In this document: positions 40,180 to 50,532 of the stretch, piece by piece | Position numbering within the stretch: the first letter of the stretch is position 1 | Layout: the number at the start of each line of letters is the position of its first letter | From: Candidatus Parabeggiatoa sp. nov. 3 | Lineage (GTDB): Bacteria; Pseudomonadota; Gammaproteobacteria; Beggiatoales; Beggiatoaceae | Assembly: GCA_003645185.1 (NCBI GenBank) | Contig: QNEL01000001.1 | Span: 27 to 64,026 of the forward strand | Direction of reading: 5' to 3' | DNA length: 64,000 nt | The notes under the pieces: generated by a model | Told to the model about the DNA's origin: nothing | Databases searched by the model: none | Seen by the model: only the letters and a program-made list of their open reading frames with translations | Made by a program: the position numbers and the translations under genes

Positions 40180-40698
40180 TTGTTCTCCTACTTAGCGGTT
40201 AAGGTTAGAGCAGAACAGGAGGGTACCTCAATTAATTATCGTAAAATATCCAGAGATGACGTATTAAAGTTGTTGGTTCGATGTCGATTGACTTTTAACA
40301 ATCAAGAGCAACTTGTTGAGTTATTGGAAACTTCTTGTATTAATAATGAAACCATTGAAGAGGATTTGTTCTTAACTCTGACAGAATTATATAAAGGCAC
40401 TAGCAATGGTTACTTGTCAGAAATTTATGAAGCCATTACTGGGGAAAAGGCTGAGGTGATCGGAAAAGTTGACGAATTATTCAAATGCCCATGTTGCAAT
40501 CGCAAAACTTTGTCTGAGAGTTACGATTCAAAGAAAGGTACAGGGTATGACATCTGTGATTATTGCCGTTGGGAGGACGATGGCACGACTGAAATTGATA
40601 CCCACAGCGGTGTTAATAGGGGTACGATATCTGAATATAGAAGTAAGATTCAAGAAAATCCCAACCTTTACTATAAAGAAAAATGGTATCTTCTCTAA
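40180..40698 (+). CDS. CPCC cysteine-rich protein
   Basis: CPCC..YDICDYCRWEDDG..SGVNR. Confidence 0.8.
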   Translation: MFSYLAVKVRAEQEGTSINYRKISRDDVLKLLVRCRLTFNNQEQLVELLETSCINNETIEEDLFLTLTELYKGTSNGYLSEIYEAITGEKAEVIGKVDELFKCPCCNRKTLSESYDSKKGTGYDICDYCRWEDDGTTEIDTHSGVNRGTISEYRSKIQENPNLYYKEKWYLL

Positions 40699-40984
40699 AT
40701 TCTGGGTCAATAATTGGGGTCAATAATTGGGGTCAGAGTAACATTAATTTTACTGACTATAACTTTTTTTGTTGAAACGTATTCACAAGTTAATTTAAGG
40801 CTGTCTAACCGCTCAGTTAAAAAAAAGAACAGTATTCATTTATCAGTTGCCATTGAAGCTCGTTATCTCTTAATGTTTTAAAGGAATATCAATAGACTGA
40901 TTTGAGTGACGGTAGGCGAACTTATTAACCAATAACCTCTATAAAATCAAACAGTTATATTTTCAACAAAAAAAGTTATAATCA

Positions 40985-43074
40985 GGAAAATACTGGACCG
41001 TCAACACCTACGGCCGACGTTTCAATCAGAAATTATGCATTGAACCATTAGGCTCTAAGTGTCCAAGCAAAAATAACTTTGACAATTCCAAATAGAGTTA
41101 TCCAGATAAATTTTTTGATTTGAAAACTCAGAGTTTGTGGAAAAATCTTTTGTAGGACAACACTTTTCTGGACAAGTATACCGAATTTCAAATTGGGTCT
41201 CTTTTTGATGAAAAAATGTTCAAGTTATTTTTTCTCGGACACTAACCAGATCACCATCACACTGCCATCAGGCAAAGTAGAAGCCTTTGAAGTCGGCACC
41301 TCCCCAAGTTGTCAATCAGCTTTTCAAGGCATCTCCCGTCAAGTCACAGTCGTTTTCAAACCCCTCAATGGCACATTCTCCCAGTTAGAACCACTGGATG
41401 CCGATGCCAACATTTATTTTGATGGCAATTCATTGCTAGAACCAATGAACGACATGCAGCTGTTCAACCCCAGTCAGTACAAGCTCACCACACAAGCTGG
41501 CTATGAATATGAACTGGATGAAAACTTCGGCATCAAAAGCCTCACCGATCCCAACGGCAACACCCTGACTTATACTAAGGATGGCATTATCCATTCTGCT
41601 GGCAAAAGCATCCTATTCACCCGTGACAACCAAGGCCGCATCACCAAAATCACCGATCCCAGCGGCAATAACCTGAAATACCAGTACAACACCGCAGGTG
41701 ATCTGGTATCTTCCACCGATGCCCTAGGTAATACAGTACGTTACACCTACAACAGCACCCATGCCATGACGGATATCATCGATCCGCTAGGCCAGAAAAT
41801 GGTGCGTAACCTCTACGATGATGACGGCCGCTTGACGGGACAAATTGATGCCAACGGCAAGCGCACCAATTTCAACCACAACCTCAAAGGCCGCCAATCC
41901 CTCGTCACCGACAAACTTGGCCGAGTCACGCAACTCTACTACGACGGCAGAGGCAACGTGATTACCCAAGTTGATCCGCTAGGCAACATCAGTTATTCCA
42001 CCTACGATCAATTCGGGAATCAAATAAGCGCCATCGATCCATTGGGTAACGCTACCTTCTTCAAGTACGATGACAAGTTTAATCTTCTGGAAGAAAAAGA
42101 TGCCGAAGGCAACATCGTCAAGTACACCTACACCAAAAAAGGTCAGGAAAAAACACTGACAGACGCTCGTGGCAACACCTTTGAAAACGTTTATGATTTT
42201 CAAAACGATTTCAACTTGGTCAAAATCAGAGGGCCATTGGGCAATGAGATCAAAATGACCGTGGACAGAGGCCAAATGACTTCCATCCGCGATGCGTTAG
42301 GCAATGTAACTCGTTTCACTTACGACAAAAGTGGCAATAAGCTAACGGAAACTGATCCGCTAGGCAACACTGTGACTTACACTTATGACGACAACGGCAA
42401 TCAACTGACCGAAAGCCGTAAACGCACCAATGCTTCTGGTAACCAAGTCGTCGAAACCACGTTTTATCAATACGACAAACGCAATCGCCTGATTCAAAGC
42501 ACCGATGCCTTCGGCAATGTCAGCAAAACACAATACAACACCATTGGGCAAAAAGTTGCCCGTATCGATGCGTTAGAAAGGCGGACTGAGTATCAGTATG
42601 ATACTTACGGCAATCTAACTGAAACCCGTTATCCAGATGGCACCAAGGAAACCCGCACGTTTGATGTCGAAGGGAATCTCCTCTCAGTCACCGATGTGGC
42701 CGGGCAAACCACACGCTACGAGTACGACAAACTTGATCGTCAAATCAAAACCATTTACTCAGACGGGAGCGTAACCCAAACACAATACGATGCCGCCGGC
42801 CGCGTCAATGCCCAAATTGATGAAAACGGCAACCGCACCGAGTTTAAATACGACAAAGTAGGCCGTCGTATTCAAAGCAAGAATGCCGATAGCCAAATCA
42901 CCACATTAGCCTACGATGCTGATGGCAACTTGGTATCCCAAACTGATAGCAATGGTAACACCATCAGCTATCAATACGATGCCTTAGACCAACGCCTTAA
43001 AACAATCTACCCAGGCAATTTGGTCAAAGAAAATGTCTACGACAAGGCAGGCCGCTTAGTCAGTGAAAAAAACG
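40985..43074 (+). pseudogene. Rhs fragment 3, an Rhs1/Rhs2 mosaic, interrupted and truncated by MITEs
   Basis: Matches Rhs1 from ~17932 (KYWTVNTYGRRF), then Rhs2 from RTNFNHNLKGRQS. Confidence 0.88.
41059..41242. mobile_element. MITE with 21-bp TIRs and TAA target duplication (IS5/Harbinger-like)
   Basis: GTGTCC..AAAATAACTT ends; removing it restores codons GGC TCT AAC CAG ATC ACC. Confidence 0.85.
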
Positions 43075-43278
43075 GGCACTGGGGTCATTGAATGGGATTG
43101 ATTCAAATCAATTTTTACGCAACAGTGATACACAAAAAGTAAACCTTTCGGATTTTCAATGATCTCGAAAAATAGGGGCTGTAGCAAAGTATTGCCCATA
43201 CAAAAAAATGGGTATGTAGGGGCAATCCCTTGTGGCTGCTCTTGTGTGAAGCTTTCTAAACGATACGACCCCAGTGCC
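43075..43278. mobile_element. MITE family B (IS1595-like) without target duplication, truncating Rhs fragment 3
   Basis: GGCACTGGGGTC..GACCCCAGTGCC; the ORF tail GHWGH comes from the MITE end. Confidence 0.85.
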
Positions 43279-43386
43279 TGTACTTCATTAAATCAAAAAA
43301 CGCTATATCAAGACATTTGACTCAAAGCTCCATTCGAGATGAGCGATAAAGCTTTACAATTCAATAACTACTCGCTATAGACGGGA

Positions 43387-43893
43387 ATGAAAATAATAAA
43401 TCCGTCTAATAAACCATTAGTTAAAAAAATGAGTCTATCTGTTTTTATAGATTTTCAATTCAACAAAACTTCTATCTTCAATCCAGTTAGTATTATTGAT
43501 TCTTTATTGGAATTTGGTTGGTCGTATGATGAGGGACTAATTTCATATTTACCTCTAGGCGATGATAACGATTCATATGATTGGCAGTGGGAAGAAATCA
43601 GTCATTGGCCTAAAGTTAAAAAAATTATCACACAACAGTGTGCCAATAAAGAAAGGATAGGAATTTGCCTAGTATGGCGAACCAGTTTAACTGGTGTTCA
43701 ATTTTTATTTGAAACCAAAGAGAGTCAACTTTTAGTTAATTTGACGACTATGAATAGAAAAAGGATAAAAGGGTTGGAACAGGCGACTGATTTCACTTGG
43801 TACTTGGAAAAATGACTGCCTCCTTTGGAAAACTTGAATGAAAAACGGAATATTCCAATTTTAGAAATCAACTGTGTAGAGCTTCGGTACTAA
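43387..43893 (+). pseudogene. Putative immunity gene with one in-frame TGA at 43813-43815
   Basis: TDFTWYLEK-stop-LPPLENLNEKRNIPILEINC continues in the same frame. Confidence 0.55.
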
Positions 43894-44231
43894 CGAAACC
43901 CACTTGGTTGGACTGAGCTTGCGAACTTTAACATTTAGAAATAATATTAAAATGTTATATTTCCGTTTAAAAATCCAAGCTATAAGCATCCTAAATGATT
44001 TCTAAACTAAACTATAGTATTCAAGATAAATATCTTAGTCTGTGGTATTAATCAAATCGACGCAAAAGTTTTTTCGCAAAACACTGTACGGTTAAAAAAA
44101 TGAGCCATTAGTTTGGGAAGCAGTGTCAATTTTAAATTGATCAGCAAATCACAATCAAATAACTGATTTATAAAGTGTTTTAAGATTATTATCCGTTCTC
44201 ATTGAGATATTGGTGTAAATGACAGCTCGAT

Positions 44232-45120
44232 GGGCGCATTCCCAAAAAAAGGGTCATTATCTCAATCAGGCCTTCGCAAAATAACAGGCATTCCAAAAGA
44301 CGCAAAATAAATTTGGAACGTAAATTAACCGCAAAATAAATTTTGCACTCCTTTTCGGCGAAAGTTTTGCGCGCAAAACTTTTGCGCGAAAAGTTATTTT
44401 TTTCCTTGATAAATCGTTCATATCCAAAAAGATTGGAGTTCAAAACGAAAAATCCTTTTTTTTAATCATTTTGACATAAAATGTAGTGTGTCAAATTGAT
44501 GTTGAACAGGCCATTAATATTAATCAGCGTAAATCATGACAATCAGTATGTCACGCAAAAGTTTTTGCGCGCAAAAACTGTATTTAGCGAAGCTAAATGT
44601 GACATATCAGCGTTCTATCAGGTTTTTCACGCAAAAGTTTTTGCGCGCAAAAACTGTATTTAGCGAAGCTAAATGTGAAATAGATTTGTTCAAATCCTCC
44701 ATCTCTGTTTAACATCTTCTTGATCACTACACATTTTGACATAAAATTATTTCTAGTTTTCAACCAATTAAGGGATTTATCTACCGCTATTGCCCAATTT
44801 GCAGAATTTATGGCTAATCGGAAATCCATTAACGCCGTCATCTCAAAAAATCGCACAACAACTCAACTGCAACGTTTTTATTAAGATGCCAAAGTTCGCC
44901 TAGAGTTTGTAGGGACTCGCTACAAAATAATATACCCTTTCATCGCTAATGCAGCCAGTATCAAGACATAAAAAGAGGGTAAATTATTTGTTAGCGATTC
45001 CCTTATCTGTTAGACTTTACGCCGATTTAATACAACTCATTGATTTAATGGCTATTCTTATTTTAGTAAAAGTCATAAAATCAATTCGTGCCAAAAGTTT
45101 TGCGCGCAAAACTTTTGGCG
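44232..45120. repeat. Cluster of palindromic repeats (AAAGTTTTGCGCGCAAAACTTT; GCAAAAT hairpins; end GGGCGCATTCCCAAAAAAAGGGTCATTATC)
   Basis: Copies near 44360, 44555, 44630 and 45095; end sequence is inverted at ~53560-53588 and ~6468-6490. Confidence 0.75.
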
Positions 45121-45484
45121 CTAAACTTAAATTTAATTGCTATAATATTTATTATACTTAGCGCGGCAACAAACTTTCAGGCAAAAGTTTAGCTTCGCTG
45201 ACCTTCGGTTCGCTTCGCTGTACTTTTGCCTGAAAAACGTTTTAATGAGGATGGTGGGCAACAAAAACACGTTACCCACCATTTCACGCGCGCGGTGAAG
45301 CTTCGCTCAACTTTAGCGTGAAATACATAAAAGTTTAAATTTATAAGCGTGTGCAGTATATATAATTTGTCAGATAAATTGATTGACATTAGACATTCAG
45401 TCAATATCAAAAATCTCACTATTTTGAAAACGGATGTCATAATTGATAATTGAATATCAACTAGGAAAATAGGAAACAATTAGA

Positions 45485-46570
45485 ATGGAATGGCACATTA
45501 TCACTGGCAGCAAAGGCGGTGTCGGTAAAACTTTACTCGCTTTACTTTTGTCAGCACAGTCTCTTGAAAATCGCAAGGGTAGTCTCCTTGTGTTGGATTT
45601 AAATAGCATGAATGCTGATTTTTCTAGGTTGCTTTTTTACCAAAAAGAGGAGGGCGATCCGCTTGCAATCGCAATACCGACACAAGAAAGGAACAATGAA
45701 CAAATCGTTTTACAAAAAACTTTTTCATTGAATCATCAAGGATATCCAAACTACTACGTGGTTGGTTGGCCTCTCAATCCGTTTAGAATGTATGATCCTT
45801 CAATGTTTGCTAAATTATTGTCTACGCTTAAAACATCGGCCGCCCCGATTATTGAAGAGAAATTAGGTATTCCCCCTTTAGAAACCGTCATTATTGACAC
45901 GAATTATCATTTTTGTAATATTTTCTCTGAGCAAGATATCGACTATACTGAGTATACAGAGGGCGCACTCAACCGTGACAGTATCACAATCTGGTTTATG
46001 TGGGTTTATCGCCAATTAGAAAACCTTATCCGACTTAAATATAATGATGCAACGGTGATCAAACTCACTGCGGCGGCGATTGAACGCAATATCAAAAGTC
46101 ATAGCTGCCCTAAAAGCCCTTTTATGCACGTTTTTGGGCCAGCTACTTTGATATCGTCTAAACCCCAAGATGGCGATCACGGTATCGGTTCATTTATTGC
46201 GCGGAAAATTTATCAAGCTATTACGCAAAATAAAGACGTTCATATTGAAGAACTTGCAGAATTGGAAGGCTTGTCACTTGGAGAAGGTGTTAGCTTTAGT
46301 GATTGGTTACGCAAGCTTGATATTGCTCACATTGCAGCCGAAAAAGATGGTGATCCCCGTCACCACTTTTTAGATATACTCATCAAAGCCACTCGCGTAC
46401 CTACGAAAAATGAAGCTGACTCAATCGAACGTCCAATGAACGTGATACCGATGTCCATTTATCACAATGCATTACAATATTATACCGACGGCAATTATCG
46501 AGATGTGATCGCCGAATTGAGAAATTTTGATATTTATGACAATTTCTCTAAACTCAGTACTTACAAATGA
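45485..46570 (+). CDS. ParA/MinD-like (SIMIBI) P-loop ATPase, divergent
   Basis: Deviant Walker A KGGVGKT, LLVLDLN, VIIDTN. Confidence 0.75.
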   Translation: MEWHIITGSKGGVGKTLLALLLSAQSLENRKGSLLVLDLNSMNADFSRLLFYQKEEGDPLAIAIPTQERNNEQIVLQKTFSLNHQGYPNYYVVGWPLNPFRMYDPSMFAKLLSTLKTSAAPIIEEKLGIPPLETVIIDTNYHFCNIFSEQDIDYTEYTEGALNRDSITIWFMWVYRQLENLIRLKYNDATVIKLTAAAIERNIKSHSCPKSPFMHVFGPATLISSKPQDGDHGIGSFIARKIYQAITQNKDVHIEELAELEGLSLGEGVSFSDWLRKLDIAHIAAEKDGDPRHHFLDILIKATRVPTKNEADSIERPMNVIPMSIYHNALQYYTDGNYRDVIAELRNFDIYDNFSKLSTYK

Positions 46571-46581
46571 ATATAATAATT

Positions 46582-47181
46582 AAATGGTGGGCAACCACGT
46601 TACCCACCCTACATTGATCAAAATGGGGGGCAACACCAAAATCCATCCGACGTTTAATTAAATGGGGGGCAACAATCTTTACCCACCCGACGTTTAATTA
46701 AATGGTGGGCAACCACGTTACCCACCCTACATTGATCAAAATGGGGGGCAACACCAAAATCCATCCGACGTTTAATTAAATGGGGGGCAACAAAAAGACG
46801 TTACCCACCCTACATTGATCAAAATGGGGGGCAACACCAAAATCCATCCGACGTTTAATTAAATGGGGGGCAACAATCTTTACCCATCCGACGTTTAATT
46901 AAATGGTGGGCAACCACGTTACCGGCCCCCTACATTGATCAAAATGGGGGGCAACACCAAAATCCATCCGACGTTTAATTAAATGGGGGGCAACACCAAA
47001 ATCCATCCGATGTTTAATTAAATGGGGGGCAACAATCTTTACCCACCCGACGTTTAATTAAATGGTGGGCAACAAAAAGACGTTACCCACCCTACATTGA
47101 TCAAAATGGGGTGGGCAACACCAAAATCCATCCGACGTTTAATTAAATGGTGGGCAACCCCGTTACCCACACTACATTGAT
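46582..47181. repeat. Array of 15 co-oriented REP-derived units (~39-44 bp) in four variants
   Basis: Every unit begins AAATGG(T/G)GGGCAAC; order A B C A B D B C A B B C D B A. Confidence 0.9.
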
Positions 47182-47191
47182 ACGATAGGAT

Positions 47192-48019
47192 ATGAAACTC
47201 TTTATTTACACGGCCCATGAAGCTACACCCTTTAAAGGCTTATTTGAACCCCTTGGTAGTTTTCACAAAGTCATTTTATCGAATCATGACGCACAGATAA
47301 AACGCTTTATTGAACACGAAGGAACACAGATTCAAGACTTGCTACCTGAAGGTATTATTGATTCTGACGAAATGGTGTCTTACATCTCACCTGAGGATAG
47401 TAGCCTTTTTTTCATTCCTTCTGAAATGCAAGAGACGTTTATGAAACTCCTTCAAAATCTCTTTAAAAAAACAAAATGGACGGAAGAACAACCCCCTGAA
47501 AAACCGTCAAAAGACGACATTGGATTGGTGGGTAATAACGATTTGTCTGACTTTTACGACAAGCTTGAAACGCAAACTGTTTTACAATCTGTTGAGGATG
47601 ATACCATGAGTAAGAAAAAAGAACTGGAAGAGTTATTTAATGCCATAGCTCAGAATGACAATGAAATTGACGCGGTTTTGGTTTGTATCCACGATGACGC
47701 TAAAACCCGAGTGGCCTATTCAAGCCTGCTAAAAGAAGGTGATCGACAAGTCGATGTCGATTCCTTCAGTGTGCAAATCCAACATTTTGTGTCCATGCTC
47801 AAAATGACTAACAAAGTGAACGATCACATTGGTTCACTCAAGACTGCGGAATTGCTGTTTTCAGGCGGCATTGTGCATATCACCCATCTACCCCAATTTG
47901 GGGAATACACCTTCCTGGTTTTTGTCAGCGCAACGGAAGAAGGAATAGAATTGTTGGCCCTTCACAGAAAGCGCAATTTGGATCAAATCATCACGCTGCT
48001 TGGTCAAATACTTGGATAG
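47192..48019 (+). CDS. Protein with C-terminal Roadblock/LC7 (MglB-like) domain
   Basis: Helix/strand pattern from MSKKKELEELF..IDAVLV..GGIVHI..FLVFVS; internal GAGGA and ATG at 47606. Confidence 0.5.
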   Translation: MKLFIYTAHEATPFKGLFEPLGSFHKVILSNHDAQIKRFIEHEGTQIQDLLPEGIIDSDEMVSYISPEDSSLFFIPSEMQETFMKLLQNLFKKTKWTEEQPPEKPSKDDIGLVGNNDLSDFYDKLETQTVLQSVEDDTMSKKKELEELFNAIAQNDNEIDAVLVCIHDDAKTRVAYSSLLKEGDRQVDVDSFSVQIQHFVSMLKMTNKVNDHIGSLKTAELLFSGGIVHITHLPQFGEYTFLVFVSATEEGIELLALHRKRNLDQIITLLGQILG

Positions 48020-48103
48020 CGATAACACGATGGGGGGCAATCCATTGTGGTTGCCCTTTGTGGGCTTGGTTTATTAATATCCAATTCATTCCCAACAAAA
48101 AAC

Positions 48104-49462
48104 ATGAAATTGAATCATATCACCCTTGATAATTTTCGCGCTATTTCTAAATTAGCATTACCACTTAACCCACAGTTAACCGTCTTGGTTGGCAATAACG
48201 CAGCGGGTAAAACGACTATTCTTGATGGTATTGCTGTGGGCTTGGGTGCGGTGTTGGCACGTTTACCTCATCAGAGTCATAAAGACTTTTGCCTCAACGA
48301 TATTCGGCAAGCATTAGTCACTCACCTTGATAATCCTACCTTAACTGAACGCTCAATCGCCCCTTATGCACGAGTCAGTTTGGAAACGATGGACGGGATT
48401 ATTTGGGATCGGACTCAAAAACGTGATCAAACCGAACCCACTCAAAAAGCCATTCCGCCAGCAAAAAACGTGAATGAACTTCATGCGTTTTTGGATCCGA
48501 TTATTAATGATGTGCAAAATGGCAATATTAAAACCAAATTACCTGTCATCGCCTACTATGGTACTGATCGCGCCGTTTTCCCTTCAGTTCAAGAACAGCT
48601 TCACACCAATTTTCTACAAGAATTTAACCGTTTTGCGGCATTAGAAGGCAGTTTAGAAGCCATTACCCATTTTCGTACTGTCTTTGAATGGTTTACGGCC
48701 CAAGAAAATCAAGAATTGAGAGAAATCAAAAAACGGCAAGATTGGGATTATCAATTACCCGTATTGAAGGCGATTCGCCAATCTATTTGTCAAATGTTGC
48801 CCGGCTGTTCCAACCCACGCACTGACACCAAACCTTCACAATTTTTAGTCGATTTTGAATATGAAAAGGGAAAAAAAGAACAGATAGCACTTTCACAACT
48901 GAGTGATGGCTATCGCACGACATTAGCTTTAGTCATGGATTTAGCTCGACGTATGGCACAAGCGAATCCGCCTTATCAAGAAAATGACAATCCGCTAAAG
49001 TCGGAGGCGATTATATTGATTGATGAAGTTGATTTGCATTTACATCCGAAATGGCAACAACATATACTGGTTAACCTAATGGAAACTTTCCCTAATGCAC
49101 AATTTATCGTCACAACCCATAGCGCACCAGTACTCACAACGATCAAGCCAGAACATATCATCAGCTTAGAACGAGAAGATGACGTGATTGCTGAACAACC
49201 GACTTCCTCTTACGGTGCTGAAAGCGGGCGATTGCTTTCGGAAATTATGGACGTGAATGAACGTCCACCCGCTGACGTGAATGAATTTACTCGGCTGCTT
49301 GAACAATATTATGAACTGATTGAACGTAACGAGGGGGAAACTGAAACCGCTTTAAAATTACGTTCAAGGTTGAATGAATTGTCAGGTGATGATCCTGACT
49401 TGATCACAGCGGATATGGAGAATGAGCGGCGGCGTGTGCTTTATGGAACACCAAAAATATGA
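48104..49462 (+). CDS. PtuA-like ABC/AAA ATPase (Septu or retron-effector type)
   Basis: LDNFRAI, GNNAAGKTT, YYGTDR, QLSDGYR, LIDEVDLHLHPKWQQ, QFIVTTHS; start set at ATG 48104. Confidence 0.85.
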   Translation: MKLNHITLDNFRAISKLALPLNPQLTVLVGNNAAGKTTILDGIAVGLGAVLARLPHQSHKDFCLNDIRQALVTHLDNPTLTERSIAPYARVSLETMDGIIWDRTQKRDQTEPTQKAIPPAKNVNELHAFLDPIINDVQNGNIKTKLPVIAYYGTDRAVFPSVQEQLHTNFLQEFNRFAALEGSLEAITHFRTVFEWFTAQENQELREIKKRQDWDYQLPVLKAIRQSICQMLPGCSNPRTDTKPSQFLVDFEYEKGKKEQIALSQLSDGYRTTLALVMDLARRMAQANPPYQENDNPLKSEAIILIDEVDLHLHPKWQQHILVNLMETFPNAQFIVTTHSAPVLTTIKPEHIISLEREDDVIAEQPTSSYGAESGRLLSEIMDVNERPPADVNEFTRLLEQYYELIERNEGETETALKLRSRLNELSGDDPDLITADMENERRRVLYGTPKI

Positions 49463-50310
49463 AAAAGATTAAACAACTTCATGCTGTGCCTACGAGTTTA
49501 CAGCGTTTTTTGCAAGAATATTTTCCCCCAGCAAATCGCCAAGTAAAAGATTGGGAAGCCTTCAGAAATGATGACAGTGGCAAGACTTTCCGTGAACTGA
49601 TTGATGCCCTGACTAAAGTTCAACATGGACTCTGTGCTTATTGCGAAATCAATCTCGTTAAAATGATTAAAGGGCAACCCGTCTATGATCGCGAAATAGA
49701 ACACTTTCATCCTAAATCGGATATTTCTCATCAAACCGATTGGATGTTTGAAATAACCAATCTATTTGCGGCTTGCAAAGGGGGTTCAGAAGTCAATATT
49801 TTTGGTGACAAAGCACGTTCCGATTATAGAGATACAGCGCGTTGTTTGCCCCCAATCAAGAAAAATCTCAGTTGCGGGGCCAGCAAAAAATATAAAATAT
49901 TGGATAATCAAATACTTAACCCAATTCAATTGCCCCTCTCACCGCCTTTATTTTCAGTTTCAATTTTTAATGGTGCGATAAGTGTTGATGAAAATGCTTG
50001 TCATCAAGCGGGGATTAACCCAGAAAAGGCTAAATCAACAATAAAAGCCTTAAACCTTAATTGTAAACGTTTATGTGAGGTACGCAAACAGATTTTAAAA
50101 AAACTTGATGCCGATTATCGACAACAACGACTCACTTTGGGCGCAACAGCTAGTTTTGCACAAATTGATACTTTACTCAATCAAATGGTAGCGCAATCTC
50201 TCACCGTTAAACCAAACGGTAGCTTACCCGCTTTTTTTACCACTATCCGTGTATTTTTCGGTGCAAGGGCTGAAACCTTTCTCGCTCATCTGCCTCAAAA
50301 TGGGATATAA
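49459..50310 (+). CDS. PtuB-like HNH endonuclease (TIGR02646 type)
   Basis: QHGLCAYCE, IEHFHPKS, NLFAAC, SCG..K, LNLN; ATGA overlap with the ATPase. Confidence 0.85.
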   Translation: MKKIKQLHAVPTSLQRFLQEYFPPANRQVKDWEAFRNDDSGKTFRELIDALTKVQHGLCAYCEINLVKMIKGQPVYDREIEHFHPKSDISHQTDWMFEITNLFAACKGGSEVNIFGDKARSDYRDTARCLPPIKKNLSCGASKKYKILDNQILNPIQLPLSPPLFSVSIFNGAISVDENACHQAGINPEKAKSTIKALNLNCKRLCEVRKQILKKLDADYRQQRLTLGATASFAQIDTLLNQMVAQSLTVKPNGSLPAFFTTIRVFFGARAETFLAHLPQNGI

Positions 50311-50374
50311 TGTATTTTGCAAAACGACTGACATAAATAGACGATAAAGGTTTCGCTTTCGCTGAGATAAAAAA

Positions 50375-50461
50375 AAACGCTAAAGACGCTAAAGGCGCTA
50401 AAGACGCTATAAAAGAAATCTTGTTTCCTTGCGTCTCTTGCGTCTCTTGCGTCTCTTGCGT
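50375..50461. repeat. Inverted sets of 9-mer tandem repeats (GCTAAAGAC / TTGCGTCTC)
   Basis: Between convergent genes; same family at ~14510-14548 and ~54685-54763. Confidence 0.8.
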
Positions 50462-50532
50462 TATTTTCCTTCTGAAACAAGCGAGCAATCAACATCGCAA
50501 GACATTCTGCCCGATAATTCTCATTCTCCCTT

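Noticed and set aside
41193-41242. Start of ORF 41193-43091
   Set aside because: Lies inside a MITE; Rhs homology begins at ~40985.
103-43893. Type VI secretion cluster
   Set aside because: No vgrG, hcp, PAAR or tss genes; Rhs1 has a Sec-type signal.
46582-47181. CRISPR array
   Set aside because: No unique spacers; units are recurring REP variants and no cas genes are present.
48047-50310. Complete retron system
   Set aside because: No reverse transcriptase motif or recognisable msr/msd in the window.
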